Shown here: piece by piece, positions 10,301 through 17,789 of the stretch
How positions within the stretch are numbered: position 1 is the stretch's first letter
Layout: every line of letters starts with the position of its first letter
DNA from: Burkholderiales bacterium
Lineage (GTDB): Bacteria; Pseudomonadota; Gammaproteobacteria; Burkholderiales; SG8-41
Length of the DNA stretch: 32,978 nt
Assembly: GCA_005800795.1 (NCBI GenBank)
Contig: SYEN01000053.1
Span: 1-32,978 of the forward strand
Direction: 5' to 3'
Notes under the pieces: generated by a model
The model's input: only the letters and a program-made list of their open reading frames with translations
Database searches by the model: none
Told to the model about the DNA's origin: nothing
Made by a program: the position numbers and the translations under genes

Positions 10301-10429
10301 GACCGCGATTTCACCAGCGCCAACGCCACCGCCAAGGGCTGGTATCTTTATCTGCGCATGAAGGCGGATCAGGGCGAGAAGGACACCACCACCAAGCGCA
10401 AGTTGATGTTTGAAGAAGCGGCGAACTGA
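4385..10429 (+). CDS. Subunit D: 2014-aa exported protein with DUF11/CnaB-SdrD-like/carboxypeptidase-regulatory-like Ig domains and a large predicted C-terminal outer-membrane beta-barrel
   Basis: Signal peptide ending AGA; DUF11 motifs (LILTK, VSDRLPPG, AVNSAQA); GRVWLDVNHD SdrD-B-like start; GVVYDSVTRQPVAGATVT; roughly the last 570 aa are alternating amphipathic strands ending GVGYNFAGF..GWYLYLRMK. Confidence 0.85.
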   Translation: MIALITRNLWLWLSLLAMLVSSIAGAATPSGTVITNTATATWRIGASTVNASATKQVAVSPYAVGPDLSISLAGPAQAGPGATLVWKAVAANTGPSVADGAQVTFTVPPGVTNVSGLCLVLTSGTCGAVTVGTPTAAGTPVTVSLANFPVGARIEVTLRGTAPAAVGELIHQAQISTGSLVDPTPLNNVATSKTNIAAGAANTGTLSGRVWLDVNHDRVFTSGEMLFEGFVVRVYDAAGTTLVRQVATGANGLYSLAGLPAGVSYQIEFRDRAGNVVFGLPVTSESAGVGAGFAQTTSCATLRETTAPNVMVPMAGNCYSMTTGGSTAQVQRTGRTLIFLQAGDNVIEQSLPLDPAGVVYDSVTRQPVAGATVTFSGPPGYDPAQHLLGGAANSNQITGVDGFYQFLLVGGAPAGTYTLTVTPPAGYTSPSQIPPNPQLDPTGLGSGGVYLVQAQPGPPTGIQPTTYHLSFSLALGDPNVINNHIPIDPPGVGGTLILTKVASKTIASVGDFVQYQLALSNPGKAPVAGVTVSDRLPPGFRFRPGTAQIGKVAVANPAISADGRTLTFTIGTVLPGAAAIDIRYVTEITVGTSLGDAVNSAQATGAGGARSLNARATVNVKEDLFRSRTILMGRVIEVGASGPKLAQGVGTVSDAPAITSSAAGLCNPEQHLGKGIEGARIFMEDGAYIRTDKEGKWHIDGVKLGTHVVQLDVKSLPDGYEAVLCEDNTRHAGRAFSQFVNVRGGTMWRADFYVRNTGKSSNGYEAGQRLTVRAGEGVLKATLELKGVTAAVRNLSATVALPEGMTYVPNSARMNGGAFAEPEISNNILVFRAGDTSATWKKSLTFDVKGVPGAGAAMQSVAQFQSADGETRRLPPASAPLAALGKSQMQSVSEPKIIQYNHIVKETTPAAPVTPATSVAPAAAQPNVNDLNIYAPGSEKFDTNWLATVAPGLEVVYPAETFIPGTNAIKVFVKHDPAHQIKLTVNGVPVHRLNFDGNDHNAQKTVGLSRWGGVGLIDGANKVVATAVDAAGKEVGRAERMIHYSGAGVEGRLVNDASVLVADGRTAPVVAVRIFDREGKPVRHGTEGELAISAPYQSLEVVQARDSRPLLNAAGNQARWRVTDDGLALIRLQPTTTSGEVSLTLNFQGRPPQIIRAWLKPEMREWILVGLGEGTIGQRKLSGAVENLPADMADDKLWKDGRVAFYAKGQVKGEFLVTMAYDTDKERKRLGGAQGDRLLQGIDRKQYYTVYGDSNSAQHDAASTRKLYLKIEKNQWYAMFGDYNTGMTVTELSRYSRTLNGIKSEFRGTNVSYTAFATKTAQAFVKDELRPDGTSGFYRLTRGNIIPNSEKVTIETRDRFRNEVIVKSEPQSRGIDYDVDYALGTLIFRKAITGKDQNFNPMYIVVDYESEDPTRDERVTAGGRVAVRTSDGRAEAGVSAIREGSIGARGDLKGVDATVQIDDKTKLRAEYAHSSRELAGTTASGNAYVIEARRQDGNVAATAYVRGQQGTFGLGQQAAANGGTTKVGGDVSVKMSPEVTINARAQHERVENAGAQAERSQIEARANLVRPEYGAYVGGRIVRDQTSTGETQNSNQLVAGGAHKFMDGRLNLRVDSEINLGSSGGSNVNSTDFPHRVRVGADYKVTDKLSLFLDQELTFGDRENTHTTRIGTKTKPWDGAESANSLNLRQTPDGPVVSTTSSMTQAMRLSPELTVNVGMDRTNTIRKPGTTQLNPNVPAAQGVNATAGAASQSILPPAGIATAPVEDYTAVFAGATWNQGPWGATARAEYRHGDTTNKVNVAGTLHRDIASGQAIAATALYSNTRGGALADSKTLDLRLSYAFRPIDSLWVVLSRLDYIQEESNATGGARSHRMVMNNNVNYQFNRSTQIAFQYGAKYVFDNFDRVSASGFTDIYGAEMRYDFGNRFDIGAHAALLNSWGSDVHVASYGASVGFAPVRNLWLGVGYNFAGFRDRDFTSANATAKGWYLYLRMKADQGEKDTTTKRKLMFEEAAN

Positions 10430-13400
10430 TGGACAACGTGACAGACAAGTGGCGGTTGTATCGTGCTGAAGCCATGAGAAACCAGTGTGTGCGGATTTTG
10501 CTGCACATGGTATTTTTACTTGCGGGCCTGACCGCGTCGTTGCAGGTGCCGGTGGCGCGGGCAGAAGCTTTTTACACGATCACCAATGCGGGTATCTTCA
10601 GCGTCGATACGCTCGACGGGGGCCCGCCGGTGCAGCTGCTGGCGTTCGCGCAGACGCTTGCTGCCACGCTGGCAGTGCGTCCCAGCGATGGCATGCTATT
10701 CTGGCTGGACAGCACGGGAGCCAACCCGGGGTTGTGGCGCTGGGATCCGGCCAATCCCACTTTGCCGGCGGTGTTTGTTGGCACGCCGGGAGCCACCACC
10801 ACCGGCGTGATCCGATTGGCGTTTGACGCGGCCGGAACGCTATACGCGATGAATCCCGGACCCTCGACATTGTGGACACTGGATCCCAACACGGGCGGCA
10901 TCCTGACCGCTACGACGGCCAGCGGTGCCGTGGTACCGGCGGGTGGCGACATCTGCCTGCACCCGGCTACCGGCGTGCTATACATGGTTGCTCAGACGCA
11001 GTTGTTCACCATCGACAGCTCGGCTGTGGTGACGCTTCTGGGTAACGTGACGTTTTCTCCCGCGCTGCCCGCGACACCGTCAATGACCGGGTGCGCATTT
11101 GATCGCAATGGCCGACTGGTCGTTTCGCCGGCCACATCGGCCTCGCTGCACGCCATCAATATCAGTACGCTCGTTGCCACGCCGCTTGCCGTGTCCACGG
11201 GTTTTACCGCGGGAGCTATGGGCGATCTAGCCACCGCGCCGGGCCGCGTTTCGGACTTGAGACTGACAAAGACTGCCAGCAATCTCACGCCCGGCAATAC
11301 GGTGAGCTTCACGCTCACGGTGACCAATAATGGTCCGGATCGCGCGACGGACGTGCGGGTGCGAGACGTGCTGCCGGCTGGCCTGACGTTTGTCTCCGCG
11401 ACGGCAAGCCAGGGCACCTATTCGACAGCAGCGGTAGGGGCTTTTCCCGCCGGCACCTGGCGCATAGGTACCATGAACAATGGGGCTACAGCAACATTGA
11501 CAATCAATGTATCGGTGACCGGGGCGACAGCGATTACCAATATGGCGCAGATTTCGCATTCGGATCAATTCGACCCCGATTCGACTCCCAATAACAGCGT
11601 TGCGAGTGAAGACGATCAGGCGTCTGTGGTGATCGTGCCCAGTCCGGACTTGCAGATTACCAAAGTGGCGGTCGGAACCTTTACCGTGGGCACGAACAGC
11701 ACGTACAGGATATCTGTCAACAATCTGCTGGGTAGTGCCGCCACAAGTGCGGCCTACACGGTAACCGATACCATGGTACCCAGCCTGACCATTGTGGGAA
11801 CGCCGAGCGGCCCGGGCTGGAATTGCTCAGCATCAACATCGACGCAATTGAGCTGTACCAGCAGTACCGCTATTGCGGCCGGCGGAACCAATCCTGGCCT
11901 GATTACGCTGACCGTGCTGCCCAGTGCTGCGGCGTCACCCAGCGTTACCAATGTCGCCACGGTAGCCGGCGGGGGCGAACCAGCGTCCAATAGCGGCAAT
12001 AATAGTTCAGGCGTGATCACAACTGCCGTGTGCGCGGGCAGTTGCCCTGACCTGGTGGTCAACAAAACGCTATCGGTGGCGAGTCTGACAGTCGGTGTCA
12101 ACACGTCTGTTTACACCTTGAGCGTCACCAACACCGGCGGCCTTACGACAGGCACATCGACGTATACCATTACCGATAACCTGCCCGCCGGGCTTACTCT
12201 GGCAGCTGCACCCACGGCTGGTCCAGGCTGGACATGCACACCCAATGCCGGAGCGCTCGAAAACGTGGTCAACGGTACCAAGGTTATTTGCAGCCGCAGT
12301 ACCGCCGTGGTACCCGGAGGCACGTCTTCAACGATTACGTTCACGGTGATCGTCGGCAATGCGGCGGCACCGAGCGTCACCAACACGGCCAGCGTTTCCG
12401 GTGGTGGCGAGCCCACAAGTGCCACCGGAAACAACAGCACCAGCCTAGTTACGCCAGTGATTGATTTCGATTTGCAGACCAGCAAGACCAAAACAACCGC
12501 CGGGAACTTTAACTTGGGCGTGACCACTGACACGTACACCATCGTGATCAACAATATCGGTGGCCGCAATTCCACGGGCACCTATACTGTCACCGATGTA
12601 TTACCGACCGGTCTCACGTTGACCACGGCAGGCGGCGGTGCCGGATGGGCGATAGGCACAGGTTGGACTTGCGCGGCGAACACGCCTGCGGCGGGCGATA
12701 ACGTGGCGGGCGGTTCCCGTGTTGTATGTACCCGGTCCACCAGCATTAACTCGGGTGCCGCGTCGACCAGTATTGTATTTCCCGTCACGGTGGCAGTAGC
12801 CGCAGTGCCCAGCGTCAGCAATACTGCTACCGTCAGCAACCCCAATGAATCGGCGAATCTGCTGACGAATAATTCGTCAACGGTCGTGACATCGGTGAAT
12901 GCGCCGGATCTCATGGTATCGAAGTCGCACACCGGCAATTTCACCGTGGGCCAAACGGGCACGTACACCATCACTGCGTTCAACAACGGCGCGCAGGCGA
13001 CAACGACCGCGACCGTGACGGTGACGGATACTTTGCCAGCGGGACTGGTCTATACCTCGACCAGCGGTAACGCTACGGGCACAAACTGGACTTGTGCCGC
13101 AGCCCCGGTTTCGCCGGCAACCACGCAAACGGTGACGTGTACCACCACGTCGCGGGCCGCCAATACGGCTTACCCACCGATTACGTTGCCTGTGACTGCG
13201 ACGACCGCAGGAACGCTGACCAACAATGTCAGTATCGCCGGCGGTGGCGAGCCTGCAGTCAACAATGGAAGCAACACCGATTCCGATGTCACGCAGGTGT
13301 TCGTCACGCCGACAGTCAGCAAGGCGTTTTCTCCCGCCAGCGTGCAGGCGGGTGTGACTTCCCAACTGACCATCACCATCAATAATCCGGCTACGTTTGC

Positions 13401-15027
13401 GATTACCGGTGTGGCGGTGGTCGATCCGTTTCCCGCGGGTATGTCGGTGACAGCCACGCCGGCGTTTGTGACCACGAATTGCGGCACCTTCACTGTGATT
13501 TCCGGCAACACGCAGGGCGACACGCTGGTTTCCCTGACCGGCGGAACGATTCCCGCGTCGAGCAGTTGCACGATACAGGTGAATGTCAGCAGCACCACCG
13601 TCGGAGCGAATGTCAACATCGTAGATAACGTCAGCACAACCAACAGTGGCACTGGTACGCAAGCGGCGGCGGCCAGAACCGCCACCTTGACAGTGACAGC
13701 GCCCGGCTCGCCCGTTTTGTCAAAGTTGACTGCGCCCGATCCTGTAGGCGTGAACCAGCTTGCCACAATGACGTTCACGATCAATAACAAGACTACGGCC
13801 ACCACCGACATGGGATTTACCGATAATTTTCCTGCCGGCGTGGTGTATCGCGGTACCACGAGTATGAGTTGTACCAGTACCGGTGGCACTGCCTTTTCTC
13901 TGACCGAACAGACCGGTGCGGCGAATGTAGCGGGCGCAGCACTGGTGGCAGGCACCAGCACTGGCATCAAGGCGCTGGGCATCGATCTCGTAGGCAGCGC
14001 GTCGTGTACGATCGTCATTACGGTATCCAGCGCGACGCCGGGCTCGTATCTGAACTCCAGTACCGCGCCCACGGCCGCAACCAGCAATATTCCCTCCGGC
14101 TCGTTGCAGGGCGGACTTACCGCGCCCGGTATAAACGACACGCTGGTGGTGGTCGGCACCACGCTGACCAAGACCTTCAGCCCGTCAACCGTGGTTATCG
14201 GCCAATCGTCCAATTTGACCTTCGCCATCACCAACGGCGCGGGAGCGCCACAGCAAGGCGGGCTGGCATTTACGGAAACGCTGCCCGCTAATGTGGTTGT
14301 GGCGTCCGCGCCATCGGCGACGCAGTGCGGCGGCACGGTGACGGCCCCGGTTGGGCTGGGCACGATTACGTTCAGCGGTGGCGCCATGGCATCGGGCCTC
14401 GCGGTTTGTAACATAGTGGTACCCGTCAGGTCCGGCCTCGCAGGCACGTATAACAATACACCTGCCAACGTAACTGGTGTATCTGCCGGCATGACCAATA
14501 GCGCCAACGCGACCTTGACGGTGAACAGTGGAGTGGCTTTGAATTTTGCAAAGTCGCTGAGGACGGTTTGCGATCCGCAAAATTTCGCCGGGAACGGCAC
14601 GACGATTTTCCCCAAAGCGATTCCAGGCGCCTACGTGCAATACACGCTTACCATTTCCAATGGCGCGGGGGCCGTGAATTCAGCGAATCTAACCACCATC
14701 ATCGACGCGCTAGACCCGAACCTGAGTTTTGATGTCGATCTGCGCACGGGCACTCCCACCACTTGCGCGACGTCCCCGCCGGAGAACGCGGGTGGCAGAG
14801 GTTTCGTGCTGACGTGCATGGGCGGCACGCGTAACTGTACGACGCCGATATACTTCACCAGCGCATCGGGTGACGATGCCATGGGGATTTCGGGTTCATC
14901 CATCACATTGACGTTTGGCGACAGTCCAGGTGCGCCCAAGGCGCTGCCTACAGAAACCGGCTACGGCCCGGGCGAGCTAGAGCCCGGTGAGTCAATCACG
15001 ATAAGATTTAACACCATCGTCAAATAG
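10429..15027 (+). CDS. Subunit E: 1532-aa exported adhesin-like protein with an N-terminal beta-propeller, about 8 DUF11-like Ig repeats and a C-terminal incomplete Ig domain
   Basis: ATG overlaps the D stop (TGATG); alternative ATG at 10474; signal ending ARA; blade-like repeats (LAFDAAGTLY, LWTLDPNTG, AFDRNGRL); repeated DLxxxK..YTITVxN..xTDxLPxGL..WxC..C..VxNxA units; C-terminal domain paralogous to that of subunit C. Confidence 0.9.
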   Translation: MDNVTDKWRLYRAEAMRNQCVRILLHMVFLLAGLTASLQVPVARAEAFYTITNAGIFSVDTLDGGPPVQLLAFAQTLAATLAVRPSDGMLFWLDSTGANPGLWRWDPANPTLPAVFVGTPGATTTGVIRLAFDAAGTLYAMNPGPSTLWTLDPNTGGILTATTASGAVVPAGGDICLHPATGVLYMVAQTQLFTIDSSAVVTLLGNVTFSPALPATPSMTGCAFDRNGRLVVSPATSASLHAINISTLVATPLAVSTGFTAGAMGDLATAPGRVSDLRLTKTASNLTPGNTVSFTLTVTNNGPDRATDVRVRDVLPAGLTFVSATASQGTYSTAAVGAFPAGTWRIGTMNNGATATLTINVSVTGATAITNMAQISHSDQFDPDSTPNNSVASEDDQASVVIVPSPDLQITKVAVGTFTVGTNSTYRISVNNLLGSAATSAAYTVTDTMVPSLTIVGTPSGPGWNCSASTSTQLSCTSSTAIAAGGTNPGLITLTVLPSAAASPSVTNVATVAGGGEPASNSGNNSSGVITTAVCAGSCPDLVVNKTLSVASLTVGVNTSVYTLSVTNTGGLTTGTSTYTITDNLPAGLTLAAAPTAGPGWTCTPNAGALENVVNGTKVICSRSTAVVPGGTSSTITFTVIVGNAAAPSVTNTASVSGGGEPTSATGNNSTSLVTPVIDFDLQTSKTKTTAGNFNLGVTTDTYTIVINNIGGRNSTGTYTVTDVLPTGLTLTTAGGGAGWAIGTGWTCAANTPAAGDNVAGGSRVVCTRSTSINSGAASTSIVFPVTVAVAAVPSVSNTATVSNPNESANLLTNNSSTVVTSVNAPDLMVSKSHTGNFTVGQTGTYTITAFNNGAQATTTATVTVTDTLPAGLVYTSTSGNATGTNWTCAAAPVSPATTQTVTCTTTSRAANTAYPPITLPVTATTAGTLTNNVSIAGGGEPAVNNGSNTDSDVTQVFVTPTVSKAFSPASVQAGVTSQLTITINNPATFAITGVAVVDPFPAGMSVTATPAFVTTNCGTFTVISGNTQGDTLVSLTGGTIPASSSCTIQVNVSSTTVGANVNIVDNVSTTNSGTGTQAAAARTATLTVTAPGSPVLSKLTAPDPVGVNQLATMTFTINNKTTATTDMGFTDNFPAGVVYRGTTSMSCTSTGGTAFSLTEQTGAANVAGAALVAGTSTGIKALGIDLVGSASCTIVITVSSATPGSYLNSSTAPTAATSNIPSGSLQGGLTAPGINDTLVVVGTTLTKTFSPSTVVIGQSSNLTFAITNGAGAPQQGGLAFTETLPANVVVASAPSATQCGGTVTAPVGLGTITFSGGAMASGLAVCNIVVPVRSGLAGTYNNTPANVTGVSAGMTNSANATLTVNSGVALNFAKSLRTVCDPQNFAGNGTTIFPKAIPGAYVQYTLTISNGAGAVNSANLTTIIDALDPNLSFDVDLRTGTPTTCATSPPENAGGRGFVLTCMGGTRNCTTPIYFTSASGDDAMGISGSSITLTFGDSPGAPKALPTETGYGPGELEPGESITIRFNTIVK

Positions 15028-15186
15028 CGCCCGTAGCGTTCATTGCGCGCTTAGCGTCTATGGCGTTCCCGTGCCTCCAGCCCGTACGGTTTTTCTATAC
15101 AATGCGCCTGCGCTGTCATCTGGCAAGGTCGATATTGCGATCTTGTGAAATGAAAAATTTATTCAAATAAAACAAGGAGTTACAAT

Positions 15187-16158
15187 ATGGCTCACGCTAT
15201 ACGCATCCACCAGCACGGTGGCCCCGAAGCGTTGCGGTGGGAGGAAGTCAGCGTCGGTGACCCCGGCCCCGGCGAAGTGCGCGTGCGTAACACCGCCATC
15301 GGTTTGAATTTTATCGACACCTATCAACGTTCGGGCCTGTATCCGATGCCGTTGCCGTTTACCTGCGGCTCGGAAGGCGCGGGCGTGGTCGAGGCTGTCG
15401 GTCCGAAAGTGAAAGGCCTGAAGAAAGGCGACCGCGTAGCGTATGCCAATCCGATTGGCGCGTATGCCGAAGTGTTGCTGCGGCCGGCTGAAAAGCTGGT
15501 GAAAATACCTGCCGGTGTCAGCGATCAGACCGCTGCCGCGATGATGTTGAAGGGGATGACGGCATGGTACCTGCTGCGCCGCACCTTCAAGGTGAAGAAA
15601 GGCGACACGATTCTTGTGCATGCGGCCGCGGGCGGCGTCGGCCAGATTCTGTGCCAGTGGGGCAAACACCTGGGCGCCACAGTGATTGGCACCGTGGGCA
15701 GCGAAGGCAAGGTTGCGGCGGCGAAAAAAGCGGGCGCCAAACATGTCATCGTTGCCGAGCGTGAAGTGGTGTCCAAGCGCGTGCGCGAAATCACCAAGGG
15801 CAAGGGCGTGCCGGTGGTGTACGACGGCACTGGCAAGGAAACCTTCATGGATTCGCTGGATTGTTTGGCGCCCCTGGGCACCATGGCAAGCTACGGCAAC
15901 GCCTCCGGCGCGGTGCCGCCGTTCAACATCGGCATCCTTGCGCAGAAAGGCTCGCTGTTTCTGACGCGCCCCACGCTGGGCAATTACACCGCCACGCGCG
16001 CTGATCTTGAAACCGCCGCGCGCGATCTGTTCTCGGTGGTGAAAAAAGGCGCGGTCAAAATCGCCATCAATCAGACCTATCCGCTGATCGAAGCCGCGCA
16101 GGCGCACCGCGATCTCGAAGGCCGTAGAACCACCGGCTCTACTGTGCTGCTGCCCTGA
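15187..16158 (+). CDS. qor: NADPH:quinone oxidoreductase (zeta-crystallin/MDR family)
   Basis: AIGLNFIDTYQRSGLYP, HAAAGGVG and KGSLFLTRPTL motifs; RBS AAGGAG. Confidence 0.92.
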   Translation: MAHAIRIHQHGGPEALRWEEVSVGDPGPGEVRVRNTAIGLNFIDTYQRSGLYPMPLPFTCGSEGAGVVEAVGPKVKGLKKGDRVAYANPIGAYAEVLLRPAEKLVKIPAGVSDQTAAAMMLKGMTAWYLLRRTFKVKKGDTILVHAAAGGVGQILCQWGKHLGATVIGTVGSEGKVAAAKKAGAKHVIVAEREVVSKRVREITKGKGVPVVYDGTGKETFMDSLDCLAPLGTMASYGNASGAVPPFNIGILAQKGSLFLTRPTLGNYTATRADLETAARDLFSVVKKGAVKIAINQTYPLIEAAQAHRDLEGRRTTGSTVLLP

Positions 16159-16508
16159 TGCGCGCAGCAGTGCTGTTAGTGTGCGGCATGGGTGCGGCGT
16201 TTGCGCCGTGGCCTGTTCACGCGCAAGCGCAAAAACCCGCGCCGGTGAAAGAACGTTCCAGCGGCGCGGCATCACCGCAACTCTTGCAGCAGCAGCGCGC
16301 TACGGTCAGCTACCGCGACGTGACACAGGCGGCGTACGAATCCAAATTGGCCGAGCAGGACGTGCTGAATTTGCAGGACGCCTACAACGCCGCACGTGAG
16401 CGTTCCGATGCGCTCAAGGTGGAACTCGACAAGGCGCTCAAGGCACGGGATGCTGCGCGTGCAACCGAGGCTGCGGCGCGCAAGCGGTATGAAGAGGCGT
16501 TAAAGTAA
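16158..16508 (+). CDS. Small exported coiled-coil hypothetical protein
   Basis: TGATG overlap with qor; signal peptide ending VHA; Ala/Glu/Lys/Arg-rich helical C-terminus. Confidence 0.7.
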   Translation: MRAAVLLVCGMGAAFAPWPVHAQAQKPAPVKERSSGAASPQLLQQQRATVSYRDVTQAAYESKLAEQDVLNLQDAYNAARERSDALKVELDKALKARDAARATEAAARKRYEEALK

Positions 16509-16557
16509 CTGATAGCGTCAGTCCCCGGCCCCGTCACAATCATTACGGAACTGAAAC

Positions 16558-17787
16558 GTGTTGCCTTTGCATAATCTGCCGCCACCGCCCGCCGGTGCAC
16601 CACTCGCACTGTTAAAGGGCATTACCGTGCTCGATCTCACCACGTCCATCGCCGGGCCTTATGCCGCGATGCAGTTGGGTGACATGGGAGCCGAAGTCAT
16701 CAAGATCGAACGTCCCGGCAAGGGCGATGATTGCCGCGCGTGGGGGCCGCCGTGGCTCGACGGCGAATCGCTGTGGTTCATGAGCGTCAACCGCAACAAA
16801 CAAAGTGTCACGCTCGATTACACCAGCGAGGCGGGACGCGCCGTGCTGCATGACATCGTGCGCAAGGTGGATGTGGTGATCGTCAATCTCACCGGCCGTG
16901 TGCAAAAAAAGCTCGGCGTCGATCACGCGGCGCTGTCGGCGGTGCGGCCGGACATTGTGCATGTGTCGCTGTCGGGCTTCGGGCTCACCGGCGCCCGCCG
17001 CGATTTCCCCTGTTATGACTTGATTGCCGAGGGCTACAGCGGGGTGATGGATTTAACCGGCGAAGCTGAAAATCTGCCGCAGAAAATCGGCACGCCCGCC
17101 GCGGATTTGATAGCCGGCATGGATGCGGCTTACGCCACACTTGCCGCGCTGTTCGACCGTCAGCGTACCGGCAAGGGCCACAAGATCGATATCTCGATGA
17201 TCGACAGCATGACGCGCTTCATGTCGCCACGCATCGTGCCGTATCTGGGCGGAGGGCCACTGCCCAAACGCACCGGCGCGCGAGACAGCGTGATTTCGGT
17301 GTATCAAACCTTCGATACGCAAGACCGGCCGATCACGCTGGGTCTGGGCAACGACGGCATTTTCAAACGTTTCTGGCAGGCAGTGGGTCAACCGGCTGTG
17401 GCGGATGATCCACGCTACGCCACCAATGCTGAACGTACTGCCGTGCGCCCGGAGCTGGTTGAAAAAATACAGGCCGTACTGCGTACACAATTGCGCGAAT
17501 ATTGGCTGAAAAAGTTTGTCGAGCATAACGTGCCGGCGGGGCCGGTCAACAGTGCCGAAGAAGTGGTGCGCGATCCGGAGTTGGTGGCGCGCGGACTGTT
17601 TTACACGGCAACCGCAGGCGCCAGAAAAATTCCGCAGGTCGGTTTGGGCATTGCGGTCGACGACAGCAACGCCACCTATCGCAGCGCGCCGCCGTTGTTG
17701 GGCGAGCATAACGATGTCGTGCTGGGCGGACTGCTGGGCTACGATGCCGTGCGAATTTCACAACTGAAAATCCAGAAAGTGATATAA
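16558..17787 (+). CDS. CoA-transferase family III (CaiB/BaiF)
   Basis: LKGITVLDLT..IAGPYA, GAEVIKIERP, NRNKQS, YDLIAEGYSG and PAAD (catalytic Asp) motifs. Confidence 0.93.
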   Translation: MLPLHNLPPPPAGAPLALLKGITVLDLTTSIAGPYAAMQLGDMGAEVIKIERPGKGDDCRAWGPPWLDGESLWFMSVNRNKQSVTLDYTSEAGRAVLHDIVRKVDVVIVNLTGRVQKKLGVDHAALSAVRPDIVHVSLSGFGLTGARRDFPCYDLIAEGYSGVMDLTGEAENLPQKIGTPAADLIAGMDAAYATLAALFDRQRTGKGHKIDISMIDSMTRFMSPRIVPYLGGGPLPKRTGARDSVISVYQTFDTQDRPITLGLGNDGIFKRFWQAVGQPAVADDPRYATNAERTAVRPELVEKIQAVLRTQLREYWLKKFVEHNVPAGPVNSAEEVVRDPELVARGLFYTATAGARKIPQVGLGIAVDDSNATYRSAPPLLGEHNDVVLGGLLGYDAVRISQLKIQKVI

Positions 17788-17789
17788 AA

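Noticed and set aside
4385-15027. Classical chaperone-usher, autotransporter, two-partner or type I/RTX adhesin system
   Set aside because: No PapD/PapC, POTRA, RTX nonapeptide or ABC/HlyD signatures recognised; the barrel region is much longer than an autotransporter beta-domain.
26-15186. Integrative island bounded by a duplicated tRNA 3' end
   Set aside because: No integrase gene, and I found no second copy of the tRNA 3' end by eye.
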